This document shows positions 10,446-22,250 of a DNA stretch of 64,000 bases, in pieces (the first letter of the stretch is position 1; each line of letters opens with the position of its first letter). The stretch is from NCBI GenBank assembly GCA_026415775.1, contig JAOAGL010000001.1:334233-398232 (forward strand), read 5' to 3'. A program made the translations under genes and the position numbers. Under the pieces are notes generated by a model. The model had not been told where the DNA came from and did not search any database. It worked only from the letters and a program-made list of their open reading frames with translations. This DNA is from Patescibacteria group bacterium (GTDB taxonomy: Bacteria > Patescibacteriota > Minisyncoccia > UBA6257 > JAAZHW01).

Positions 10446-11093
10446 ATGTTTAGTGAAATTTTATCAGCGGCAGCAGCATTTGTTTTAAGCGTTATCAAAA
10501 AAGGAGGATATGTTGGAGTTTTTGTTTTGATGGCTTTAGAGAGTTGCAATATTCCTATTCCTTCAGAAATAATTATGCCTTTTTCAGGATTTTTAGCGAC
10601 TCAGAAAATTTTTAATTTATTAATATTGGCTATTATTGGCGGCTTGGGCAATTTATTTGGTTCGCTTATTTCCTATGCGATAGCCTTTAAGTTAAAAGAT
10701 AATCTTAAGAAATTTTTTGTTAAATCAAGATTTTTTTATCATGATTATCTTTCAGCAGAAAGATTTTTTCTAAAACATGGGATAAAATCAATTTTTTGGG
10801 CTCGATTATTGCCTATTGTCAGAACTTTTATTTCCTTTCCAGCTGGAATTTTTAAAGTCCAAATTAAAAAATTTATTATTTATACTTTTATTGGCGCCTT
10901 CTTCTGGTCTTATTTTTTGGCTTATTTAGGTTATTATTTGGGCGAGCGCTGGGATGTTTTAGGACAATATTTTCATAAATTTGATTATTTAATTGTCGCT
11001 CTTTTTATTTTGGGTGTAATTTATTATATAATTAAGAAGATTAAAGAAATAAAAAAATATACAAAGTCGTCTAAAAATAATACACAGTTATGA
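10446..11093 (+). CDS. DedA family membrane protein
   Basis: MALES..IPIPSE, RLLPIVRTFISFPAG. Confidence 0.93.
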   Translation: MFSEILSAAAAFVLSVIKKGGYVGVFVLMALESCNIPIPSEIIMPFSGFLATQKIFNLLILAIIGGLGNLFGSLISYAIAFKLKDNLKKFFVKSRFFYHDYLSAERFFLKHGIKSIFWARLLPIVRTFISFPAGIFKVQIKKFIIYTFIGAFFWSYFLAYLGYYLGERWDVLGQYFHKFDYLIVALFILGVIYYIIKKIKEIKKYTKSSKNNTQL

Positions 11094-12058
11094 AATATAA
11101 AGTTGTTGTAACGCGAAAAATTCCTGATGTGGGAATTTCGCTTTTAAAAAAGGCCGGTTTTGAAGTAGTAGTTAATCCGTATGATCGAGTTTTAAAACGC
11201 GAGGAATTAAAACGAATGTTAAAAGGAGCACATGGAATTCTTTCTCTTTTAACTGATAAAATTGATGGTGAAATTTTAGATGCTGCTGGCCCACAATTAA
11301 AAATTGTAGCTAATTATGCGGTTGGTTATGACAATTTTAATTTAGATGATTTTAAAGCGCGAAAAATTTATGCTACAAATACCCCCGGTGTTTTAACCGA
11401 AACTGTTGCCGAACATGCTATTGGCTTGCTTTTTGCTATTGCCCAGCGAATTGTTGAGGCAGATGAATTTGTTCGTCAGGGGAAATTTAAGGGCTGGGGG
11501 CCGATGTTATTTTTAGGAACGGATATTAGAAATAAAACATTAGGTATTGTTGGTTTGGGGCGGATTGGCGCAGAGGTTGCAAAAAGAATGCGCGATGGTT
11601 TCGGATTAACGATTATTTATTATGACGCAAAAAGAAATTTAGACTTGGAAAAAGAATTAAAAATAAAATATGTTCCATTTAAACAATTATTAAAGAAATC
11701 GGATTTTATTAGTATCCATGTTCCTCTTTTGCCAACAACACGACATATGTTTACTTTGAAAGAATTTAAGTTGATGAAGCCGACAGCTTATATTATTAAT
11801 ACAGCTCGCGGTGCTGTGATTAATGAAAAAGATTTAGTGATAGCTTTAAAGAAAAAAATGATTGCAGGAGCAGCATTAGATGTTTATGAATTTGAACCTA
11901 AAGTTACTCCAGAATTAATTAAATTACCAAATACTGTACTTTTGCCTCATATTGCTTCTGCAAGTATTGAAACAAGATCAAAAATGGCAGAGATGGCAGC
12001 AAAAAATATTATTGCAGTTTTGAAGGGCAAAAAACCGCTAAATCCTATTCTTAAGTAA
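11090..12058 (+). CDS. D-glycerate dehydrogenase/glyoxylate reductase (D-2-hydroxyacid dehydrogenase)
   Basis: AVGYDN, TNTPGVL, GLGRIG, INTARG, LDVYE.EP, PHIASA. Confidence 0.93.
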   Translation: MKYKVVVTRKIPDVGISLLKKAGFEVVVNPYDRVLKREELKRMLKGAHGILSLLTDKIDGEILDAAGPQLKIVANYAVGYDNFNLDDFKARKIYATNTPGVLTETVAEHAIGLLFAIAQRIVEADEFVRQGKFKGWGPMLFLGTDIRNKTLGIVGLGRIGAEVAKRMRDGFGLTIIYYDAKRNLDLEKELKIKYVPFKQLLKKSDFISIHVPLLPTTRHMFTLKEFKLMKPTAYIINTARGAVINEKDLVIALKKKMIAGAALDVYEFEPKVTPELIKLPNTVLLPHIASASIETRSKMAEMAAKNIIAVLKGKKPLNPILK

Positions 12059-12156
12059 TTTATGTTATCCACAGAAAGTTTTTAAAAACAAAAGATTTTG
12101 ATTATAATAAAAATAAGCCTATAAAAGGTCGAGTAAAACAATAAATATTTAAAAAT

Positions 12157-12840
12157 ATGGTCGTTCAATCTTGGGCAGATATTTTAGTCGGTTCGTTCCA
12201 AACCTGGTGGAATGTTTTTGTTAACTTTTTGCCAAATTTTTTGGGTGCTTTAATTGTTTTTCTTATTGGTTTAATTATTGCCGCCGGTTTGGCTGCGTTA
12301 GTAGCTAAAATTATTGCCGCTATTAAATTAGATAAACTTCTTGAGAAGTTGGGTGTGGGCAAATTCTGCGAACGCGCTGGATGGACTTTGAATTCAGCGA
12401 AATTTTTAGGAGAAGTCATTCGCTGGTTCTTTATTTTGGTTTTCTTGTTGGCAGCAACTGATATCCTTAAGTTGCAAGCCATCAGCAGTTTCTTGAAAGA
12501 AGTTTTACTTTACTTGCCAAATATTATTATTGCCATTGTCATTATTTTGGCGGCAATTGTTGTTGGTGATTTCTTGGCTGGTTTAGTAAAAGGAACTGTA
12601 AAGGGTGCCAACTTATATGCTTCCAAATTCTTATCTTCTTTGACTCGTTGGGTAATTTTGATTTTCGGTTTTTTGACTGCTTTGATTCAGCTTGGAGTAG
12701 GTGTAGCAATTATTAATACCGTTATTACTGGTATTATTGCAATGCTTGCTATTGCTGGTGGTATTGCTTTTGGTTTGGGTGGAAAAGAATATGCTCAGCA
12801 TATAATTAATGAATTCCGAAATAAGGTAGAAGAAAAGTAA
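12157..12840 (+). CDS. conserved TM-helix repeat membrane protein (CmpX/MscS-TM-like)
   Basis: Two repeats of LPN...A..I.L.G..A; C-terminal GIAFGLGGKE. Confidence 0.8.
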   Translation: MVVQSWADILVGSFQTWWNVFVNFLPNFLGALIVFLIGLIIAAGLAALVAKIIAAIKLDKLLEKLGVGKFCERAGWTLNSAKFLGEVIRWFFILVFLLAATDILKLQAISSFLKEVLLYLPNIIIAIVIILAAIVVGDFLAGLVKGTVKGANLYASKFLSSLTRWVILIFGFLTALIQLGVGVAIINTVITGIIAMLAIAGGIAFGLGGKEYAQHIINEFRNKVEEK

Positions 12841-12849
12841 AATATTTAA

Positions 12850-12888
12850 AGAAAGCCCCGCCCTTAGATTTAAGGGCGGGGCTTTCTA
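12850..12888 (+). terminator. intrinsic terminator
   Basis: 17-bp stem agaaagccccgccctta / taagggcggggctttct. Confidence 0.85.
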
Positions 12889-12901
12889 ATCAATATACAT
12901 C

Positions 12902-12930
12902 TTGACTTCAAAAAAATTATTTGTTAAAAT
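12902..12930 (+). promoter_or_regulatory. sigma70 promoter upstream of the 23S unit
   Basis: TTGACT 12902-12907, 17-nt spacer, TGt-TAAAAT 12922-12930. Confidence 0.8.
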
Positions 12931-12947
12931 ATCCTCACAAATAAACA

Positions 12948-12992
12948 ATGCGTACTATTCTTACACTATTTTTAAATATTCAAGGAAGCTAA
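12948..12992 (+). CDS. putative 14-aa leader peptide MRTILTLFLNIQGS
   Basis: ATG ~11 nt after the predicted TSS; last codons overlap the antiterminator strand; translation unproven. Confidence 0.45.
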   Translation: MRTILTLFLNIQGS

Positions 12993-13051
12993 ATTGAAAA
13001 GGGGAAATTTTGTGCTAAAAAATCCGCTTCCTTGAATAGAGCGGATTTTTT
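12977..13051 (+). promoter_or_regulatory. competing antiterminator/terminator (attenuator-like)
   Basis: 12977-12989 tattcaaggaagc pairs with 13026-13038 gcttccttgaata; terminator 13017-13028/13040-13051 ends in U6. Confidence 0.65.
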
Positions 13052-13116
13052 AAAATAAAAAATAAATTATTGTTAACAATCGAGAGATAGACAAAAAATA
13101 AAAATTTGTTTAATCT

Positions 13117-13151
13117 CGGTTGTTAACAAAAACAACCGCGCACATTGAAAA
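13117..13151 (+). promoter_or_regulatory. boxB-like hairpin plus boxA-like element in the rRNA leader
   Basis: cggttgtt/aacaaccg hairpin followed by gcacattgaaaa, resembling rRNA spacer boxA. Confidence 0.45.
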
Positions 13152-13179
13152 TTAAAAGGGTATAATGAAGCATTTTTTA

Positions 13180-16321
<3,142 letters not shown>

Positions 16322-16359
16322 AAAAAATGCTTCATTAAAAATTCATTCTCAGCAAAGAC

Positions 16360-16477
16360 TTCTCGGTGATTTAGCCCATTGTGTACCACCTCTTCCCATT
16401 CCGAACAGAGAAGTGAAAGCAATGGGCGCCGATGGTACTCACCCGAACACGGTGGGAAGAGTAGGCTTCGCCGAGAA
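16360..16477 (+). rRNA. rrf: 5S rRNA
   Basis: CCCATTCCGAAAC-like core (cccattccgaacagagaagtgaa), GATGGTACT, GAGTAG; terminal helix ttctcggtga/tcgccgagaa. Confidence 0.96.
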
Positions 16478-16492
16478 ATCTTTGTTGAGAAT

Positions 16493-16524
16493 AAAAAAGA
16501 GCCTGCTTAATCAGGCTCTTTTTG
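16493..16524. terminator. bidirectional terminator between the rRNA unit and the Fic gene
   Basis: aaaaagagcctg / caggctcttttt with A- and T-runs on either side. Confidence 0.85.
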
Positions 16525-17157
16525 TTCATTAATTTTTTTGAGAAAGAATTCGTATAATAATTGTGGATCTTTACTAATAAAAGCTCCGAAATAATCTGCC
16601 TTTTCTGTATGACTAACAAAAAAAGGTTGAATCTGAAAATAATTGATAAGGTAAAAAAGTAATGCTCGATTTACACGGCAATTGCAATTATAAAAAGGAT
16701 TAATAAGACCAAAATGATAATGAAAACTACTGATAAACTCGATTTTAGTATCCAACGAAGAAATTTTTTTATTTTTACAACGAAACAATATCTGATGTTT
16801 ATTTAAAACCTTAATTAATTCGTCCATTTTTTTGGGAATAATTTCTGGAGAAACTCCACCCAATTCACCAATTAACACTTTCCCTTGACGATAATTACCA
16901 GCCCAACCCTCGTTTGTTTTGTTTAGCCAAATCTCGGATTCTTTAAAGATTAATTCATGTGTTTTTTTAATATCAAATTCAGTAAGTGGAATGTCTTTCT
17001 CATTGGTGCGTTTTTCAAGATAAAGAATCGCTCCTACATGCCCGTCTTTTTTATTTTGTTCAATTTCTGATTTGATCGTGTTATAACTGCAACATCGATT
17101 ATCAAGCAATTCAGATTCATAAATAAATTTTGCTAAAAAATCAACTCTATTTTTCAA
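16507..17157 (-). CDS. Fic/Fido-domain protein with degenerate catalytic motif
   Basis: FIYES..., IKKTHE.I, AG.YR, F..INPFYNCNCRVNR in place of HPFxDGNGR; TTG start with AGGAGG. Confidence 0.8.
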   Translation of the reverse strand: MKNRVDFLAKFIYESELLDNRCCSYNTIKSEIEQNKKDGHVGAILYLEKRTNEKDIPLTEFDIKKTHELIFKESEIWLNKTNEGWAGNYRQGKVLIGELGGVSPEIIPKKMDELIKVLNKHQILFRCKNKKISSLDTKIEFISSFHYHFGLINPFYNCNCRVNRALLFYLINYFQIQPFFVSHTEKADYFGAFISKDPQLLYEFFLKKINEQKEPD

Positions 17158-17233
17158 TAAAACCTCCTTATTAAAAAATTAAAAAACCATTATTATTATA
17201 ACGCAAATAAAATTCAAATAAAATATTTTTAAT

Positions 17234-18214
17234 TTATACTTGTTTAATAATTTCAAAAACAATATAGATAATGTAAATCATTAAAAGAAAGATGGCTTCT
17301 TTTTTTGAAATTTTTCTTTCGCTTTGGACAAAAACAAAGAAAAAGATGGCAGCGCAAATCATAAAGAATCGCGCTAAAATCAAGGAACTAAAATCTATTA
17401 TATCAATCGGGCGTATCAGAGCGATAATTCCTAAAACTAAGGTGGCGGGGAAAATAACCGAACCCATTAAATTTCCCAATATCATCCAATTTTCTTCTTT
17501 TTTGGCAGTATTTATGGCAAAATAAATTTCCGGCAAGGCATTAGTTAAACCAGTAATAATTAGACCAAAGAATATTAAAGAAATTCCCAATTTTAAGGTT
17601 ATTTTTTGAGCCGAGAAAACAATTAATTGAGCAATAATAAAAATAGCGACAATTAAACCAATAATTTTTACGACATTTTTTATAAAAGCAGAAAACTGCT
17701 TTAGTGATTCGTCAATGCCAAAAGAATTCGCCTGTTTTAAATCATAGGTTTTTTGGAATCTTTCTTTTTTAGAAAAAAGCCAAACGAGATACAAAATGAA
17801 AGCCAAAATTAAAATCAATCCATCAATACGAGAAATTTGATAATCAGATGCTAATAAAATTGGTAGAAGAGCGGCAACTAAAACAAAAAAAGTTGTTGAT
17901 TGAACGGTTTTGCTATTAGTGCAAATTTCCCGGTTTTTAGAAAAAAGAATCCCCAATGCCACTGCTAATGTTAAAGCAATTAAATTATTGCCTATGATAT
18001 CTCCCAGAGAAAGCTCTGGGATGCCATTAATTGCTGAAGAAATGCCTAAAAATAAATTAGGTAAAGCCGAAGCAAAAGCTAATATAAAAAAAGCAACGAC
18101 AAATTCTTTTACTGCCAAAAAAGCCGAAATTTTTATTAAATTTTTTACTAATAACTCACAAGAAAGATATAAAGCAATTGCTGAAAATAAAAATAAAAAA
18201 ACAAAACCAATCAT
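17234..18214 (-). CDS. sodium:calcium antiporter family (YrbG-like)
   Basis: Two alpha-repeats: SALPN..G.IIGNN and NALPE..GNLMGS; about 10 TM helices. Confidence 0.88.
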   Translation of the reverse strand: MIGFVFLFLFSAIALYLSCELLVKNLIKISAFLAVKEFVVAFFILAFASALPNLFLGISSAINGIPELSLGDIIGNNLIALTLAVALGILFSKNREICTNSKTVQSTTFFVLVAALLPILLASDYQISRIDGLILILAFILYLVWLFSKKERFQKTYDLKQANSFGIDESLKQFSAFIKNVVKIIGLIVAIFIIAQLIVFSAQKITLKLGISLIFFGLIITGLTNALPEIYFAINTAKKEENWMILGNLMGSVIFPATLVLGIIALIRPIDIIDFSSLILARFFMICAAIFFFVFVQSERKISKKEAIFLLMIYIIYIVFEIIKQV

Positions 18215-18245
18215 TAGAAATAGTATAACAATAATTTAATTGAAG

Positions 18246-18332
18246 CGGAAGGGGTGGGATTCGAACCCACGAGGCGCCTCATCAGCGCCAGAGTTTAGCA
18301 AACTCTTGCCTTAACCACTCGGCCACCCTTCC
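18246..18332 (-). tRNA. tRNA-Ser(GCT)
   Basis: Acceptor GGAAGGG/CCCTTCC, anticodon arm agagt-TTGCTAA-actct, long variable arm, GTTCGAATCC; no encoded CCA. Confidence 0.96.
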
Positions 18333-18413
18333 TTAATTAATTTTTAACTTTTTTATTATAGCAAAAACTTACTTTTTTGCAAACAAAACATTTTTTATTA
18401 TATAATAAAATCA

Positions 18414-19049
18414 ATGCTTGAATATCATACTTTAGCGATTGTTGTCAAAAAAGAACTAATCAATGAAACCGACGCTAATGTTGTTTTGTATACAAAAGAA
18501 CTGGGTAAATTGGAAATCATAGCCAAAGGCGTTAAAAAACTTCTTTCTAAATTTGGTGGACACCTCGAACCGCTTAATTTAATTGAGGCAACGATTATCG
18601 CGGTTAATCATAAACATCTAACGAGCGTTTTAACACACAATAATTTTTTTCATATTCGAAAAAATTACACCAGATTAGAAAATGCTCTAAGAATGATGGC
18701 GATATTTAATGAGGCAATTGTTTCTTCAGAAAAAGACAATTTTCTTTGGGAAAACATTCTTAATTATTTAAACAAACTTAATCAAGCAGCCGTTTTTTCA
18801 GAAGAAAAAGAAAGCGCTTTTATTCAATTGTTAAATCTTGAATTTTTAATTAAATTGGGCAGGGGTTTAGGTTTATTGCCTGATAATCAAGAATTAAAGG
18901 AGCACTTTGATAATTCAACAGCTTCAATAATTGTTTTTTTAACTCAAAATCCCCCTGAAAAAATTATTAATCAATATGACATATCAAAATTGCAAAAAAT
19001 CGATTATAATAAAATAGAGAAGTCAATTAAACAAAAAATTATTATTTGA
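18414..19049 (+). CDS. recO: DNA repair protein RecO
   Basis: AIV.K....E.D..V.LYT.E.GK...AKGVKK..SKF.GHLEP OB-fold. Confidence 0.88.
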   Translation: MLEYHTLAIVVKKELINETDANVVLYTKELGKLEIIAKGVKKLLSKFGGHLEPLNLIEATIIAVNHKHLTSVLTHNNFFHIRKNYTRLENALRMMAIFNEAIVSSEKDNFLWENILNYLNKLNQAAVFSEEKESAFIQLLNLEFLIKLGRGLGLLPDNQELKEHFDNSTASIIVFLTQNPPEKIINQYDISKLQKIDYNKIEKSIKQKIII

Positions 19050-19050
19050 T

Positions 19051-20961
19051 ATGGCTCTAAAAGATATCGAGGAAAAACTTTATAAAATGAAAGAGGGGAG
19101 TCCGCTTGAAGAGGAAGAAACCCCATCTTTTAAAAAAGAAAAAATAGAAACAACAGAAATAATTTCCGAAAAACCCTCTTTCAAAATAGAAGTAAAACCC
19201 AAACGACCGCCTATTAATTTTTATCAAAAATCTGGTAAAAAAAACGCAATTTTTTATGTTGTGATTGGAATTCTTTTTGCGGCGTTATTGTTTGAAGGAT
19301 ATCTTTTGGCTCAAAAACTTTCTTCTCAAAAAACCGGAATTCAAATTAATATTAATAGCACCGATAATGTTTTATTAGGGCAGGTTTTTCCATTAGACGT
19401 TGTTTATAAAAATGATTCAGCAAATTTATTGCAGAATACTTCTCTCATTGTTGAACTGCCCAATAATATAAAAATTTTAGGATCAGAAAATAATGGGCAA
19501 ATTTTTAGAAAAGAATTAGGTGATTTGGGGACTGGAAGCAATAATGTTGAGCGTCTATATTTAGTGGCGATGGGAACGCCTAATCGCATTGATACTATTA
19601 AGGCTACATTGCAGTATAATATAGTTGGTTTTAGCGGTAGATTTGAAAAATCGAAAATCCAAACAATTACAATAGGAGGCCCTATTATAGATTACAATTT
19701 ATCCGTGCCGGAAAAAATTGTAAGCGGTGAAGAATTCACTATAAAAGTTAATTTTAAAAATAATTCTAATCAAACAATCCCGGAATTGCGACTCCAACTT
19801 TATTATCCCCTAGGTTTTAATTTTACTAATTCTGATATTGCTTCAGCGGAAGGAAATAATTTATGGATTTGGGGTAATTTGCAACCTTATCAAAGCGGAG
19901 AAATTAATATTAGGGGAATAATTATCGGCGAGGTGGGAAGCTATTATGAGATAGGAATGGATGCCAGTTTGATTTCCCAAAATCAACCAGTTGTTTTTGA
20001 TAAAAAAACTACTTCTTTAAGTATTTTAGAGGCGCCGTTGAATGTTGCAATTTATGTTAATAATAGCAGGGATTATATTGCGCGAAATGGCGAGTCTTTG
20101 GAATATCGCATTGATTACCAGAATAATACTGAAATTGCTTTAAGTGAAGTAATTATAAAAGCAGAGTTGGAGGGCGCTATGTTTAATTATCAGAGCATTG
20201 CGACTAATGGTTATTTTGATTCATTGAAAAAACAAATTATTTGGAATGCTGGTAATACACCGGGTTTGAAATTATTAGACAGAGGAAAAGGAGGATCAGT
20301 AACTTTTAAAGTTTTTACTACCTCAGATTATCCCGCCAGAAGTTTCAAGGATAAAGAACAAACACTTAAAGTAAAAGTTACAGTGGAGTCCCCATCTGTT
20401 CCGCCAAAAAGCAATTTAACTAGTACGACTGCTGTAGCACAAATAATAACTAAGATTTTGGGTCGAGTTGATTTTCAGTATTACGCTTTATTTAGAGATG
20501 CTGCCTCAGGAATTGTTAATAAAGGAAGTTTGCCGTTAAAAGTTGGTAAAACTACCAATTTTACTATTCACTGGAAAATTATTAATTATAATAATGATTT
20601 AAGTGAGGTAACTATCAAAACAATTCTACCGCAAGGTATAGCTTGGACAAATGTTATTGCTGGTAATTATGGCGATTTAAAACCTGAATATAATGAAAGA
20701 ACGGGCGAATTAGTTTGGCGCATAAAAGAAATTCCAGCTTTTTCAGGAGTTTTAATGCCGCCTTATGAATTAATTTTCCAAATTGCTGCTACACCATCTC
20801 TTAACCAAGTAGGTAGTTATATGGAATTGATTAAAGAAACAACTTTTACTGCCACGGATAAATTTACGGGTCAGTCAATAAATTTAAAAACTAATATTCT
20901 TACTTCCGAACTGCGTTCTGATCCTACGGTGAAATATGGAGAGGGCCAGGTACAATATTAA
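19051..20961 (+). CDS. hypothetical single-pass membrane protein with repeated Ig-like (DUF11-like) domains
   Basis: One TM helix near residue 67-87; repeated Y.N.S..L..V.L.LP...W..G.L pattern. Confidence 0.75.
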   Translation: MALKDIEEKLYKMKEGSPLEEEETPSFKKEKIETTEIISEKPSFKIEVKPKRPPINFYQKSGKKNAIFYVVIGILFAALLFEGYLLAQKLSSQKTGIQININSTDNVLLGQVFPLDVVYKNDSANLLQNTSLIVELPNNIKILGSENNGQIFRKELGDLGTGSNNVERLYLVAMGTPNRIDTIKATLQYNIVGFSGRFEKSKIQTITIGGPIIDYNLSVPEKIVSGEEFTIKVNFKNNSNQTIPELRLQLYYPLGFNFTNSDIASAEGNNLWIWGNLQPYQSGEINIRGIIIGEVGSYYEIGMDASLISQNQPVVFDKKTTSLSILEAPLNVAIYVNNSRDYIARNGESLEYRIDYQNNTEIALSEVIIKAELEGAMFNYQSIATNGYFDSLKKQIIWNAGNTPGLKLLDRGKGGSVTFKVFTTSDYPARSFKDKEQTLKVKVTVESPSVPPKSNLTSTTAVAQIITKILGRVDFQYYALFRDAASGIVNKGSLPLKVGKTTNFTIHWKIINYNNDLSEVTIKTILPQGIAWTNVIAGNYGDLKPEYNERTGELVWRIKEIPAFSGVLMPPYELIFQIAATPSLNQVGSYMELIKETTFTATDKFTGQSINLKTNILTSELRSDPTVKYGEGQVQY

Positions 20962-20972
20962 AAGCTAATGTT

Positions 20973-22208
20973 TTGTTTATGTCTTTTATTAAGTTATCTG
21001 GTAAAATTTCTCCCTCTTTTACTCTTATTGAATTATTAATTGTTATCGCTATTCTCGCTGTTTTAATGTCTGTTATTGTTATAACGATTAATCCTACCGA
21101 GATGCTAAAACGCACTCGTGATGTTAGACGTCTTTCTGATTTAAAAACTCTTAATTCAGCTTTATCTGTTTACTCAGCCTCTAATCCCGATGGTTTTTTC
21201 GGGAATCTCAACACTGTCTATATCTCTATTCCAGATTCTTCACCAACTTGTGCTAATTTAGGTTTACCAGCTTTACCAACTGGTTGGTCTTATGCTTGTT
21301 CAAATTCTACTAATTATCGTAAGACAGATGGTGCTGGCTGGATACCCATTAACCTTAAAAACCTGGATATTGGTTCACCAATTTCAGCCCTTCCAATCGA
21401 TCCTATTAACTCAACAACTTCTGGTCAATATTATACTTATGTGGTGGGAGGAAGTTGGGAGTTAAATGCTATTTTGGAATCAGATAAATATCGTAATGAT
21501 AAAACACTTACTAAACAAAATTTTCCTGGTGTTCTTTCTTTTGGTTCCAATATCAACCTTTCACCTATATTTAACAATTCAGGTTTAGTAGGATATTGGT
21601 CTTTTGATGAAGGAAGTGACACTATTGCTTATGATTATTCGGGCAATAATAATCATGGAACTTTATATAATGGTCCTCAATGGGTTAATGGTAAAATCGG
21701 CAAAGCCTTAAGTTTTGATGGGATGGATGATTATGTGGATTGTGGCACTAGTACAGTTTTTGATATGAACACAAATGATTTTACTATTGCAGTTTGGGCA
21801 AGGGCTATTAGTGGTATTTCACGTAGAGGTATTATTAATAAAGGAGGGTGGTCTGGGTCTGTAAAGGGGTATGCTATCCAACAGGCCTATACCCCCGCTA
21901 ATAAATATTATTTTGTGGTTATGGATGATACAGGCTATAAAGGCGTTCCTACTTCTCTTTTGGAGACTTGGGATTGGAGTTTTATAGTTGGTAAGAAAAC
22001 AACTAATCATATTGAAGTTTGGACAAACGGCATGAATTCTAGTGCTTATGATACTACTATTAATTCTTTAAGTAATCCTATTAAACCATTCGAAATTGGA
22101 AAAAGTGCAACAACTGAGTTTTTCAATGGTTTAATTGACGAAGTTCGAATTTACAATCGCGCTCTTTCTGAAGCTGAAATTAAGGCTTTATATAATGCTA
22201 CAAAGTAA
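20973..22208 (+). CDS. type IV pilin-like protein with C-terminal LamG domain
   Basis: FTLIELLIVIAIL N-methylation helix; LVGYWSFDEG, ALSFDG.DDYV, IDEVRIYNRALS. Confidence 0.9.
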   Translation: MFMSFIKLSGKISPSFTLIELLIVIAILAVLMSVIVITINPTEMLKRTRDVRRLSDLKTLNSALSVYSASNPDGFFGNLNTVYISIPDSSPTCANLGLPALPTGWSYACSNSTNYRKTDGAGWIPINLKNLDIGSPISALPIDPINSTTSGQYYTYVVGGSWELNAILESDKYRNDKTLTKQNFPGVLSFGSNINLSPIFNNSGLVGYWSFDEGSDTIAYDYSGNNNHGTLYNGPQWVNGKIGKALSFDGMDDYVDCGTSTVFDMNTNDFTIAVWARAISGISRRGIINKGGWSGSVKGYAIQQAYTPANKYYFVVMDDTGYKGVPTSLLETWDWSFIVGKKTTNHIEVWTNGMNSSAYDTTINSLSNPIKPFEIGKSATTEFFNGLIDEVRIYNRALSEAEIKALYNATK

Positions 22209-22250
22209 AAGTTAATTGTTTTTTTATTTAATTTTTTTATAATAAATTTA

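Noticed and set aside
12065-12073. Perfect DnaA box TTATCCACA
   Set aside because: Single copy with no cluster or dnaA gene; not an origin.
13145-13166. TTGAAA...TATAAT as the 23S promoter
   Set aside because: Only a 10-nt spacer, and the TSS would fall inside the processing stem; cannot be fully excluded.
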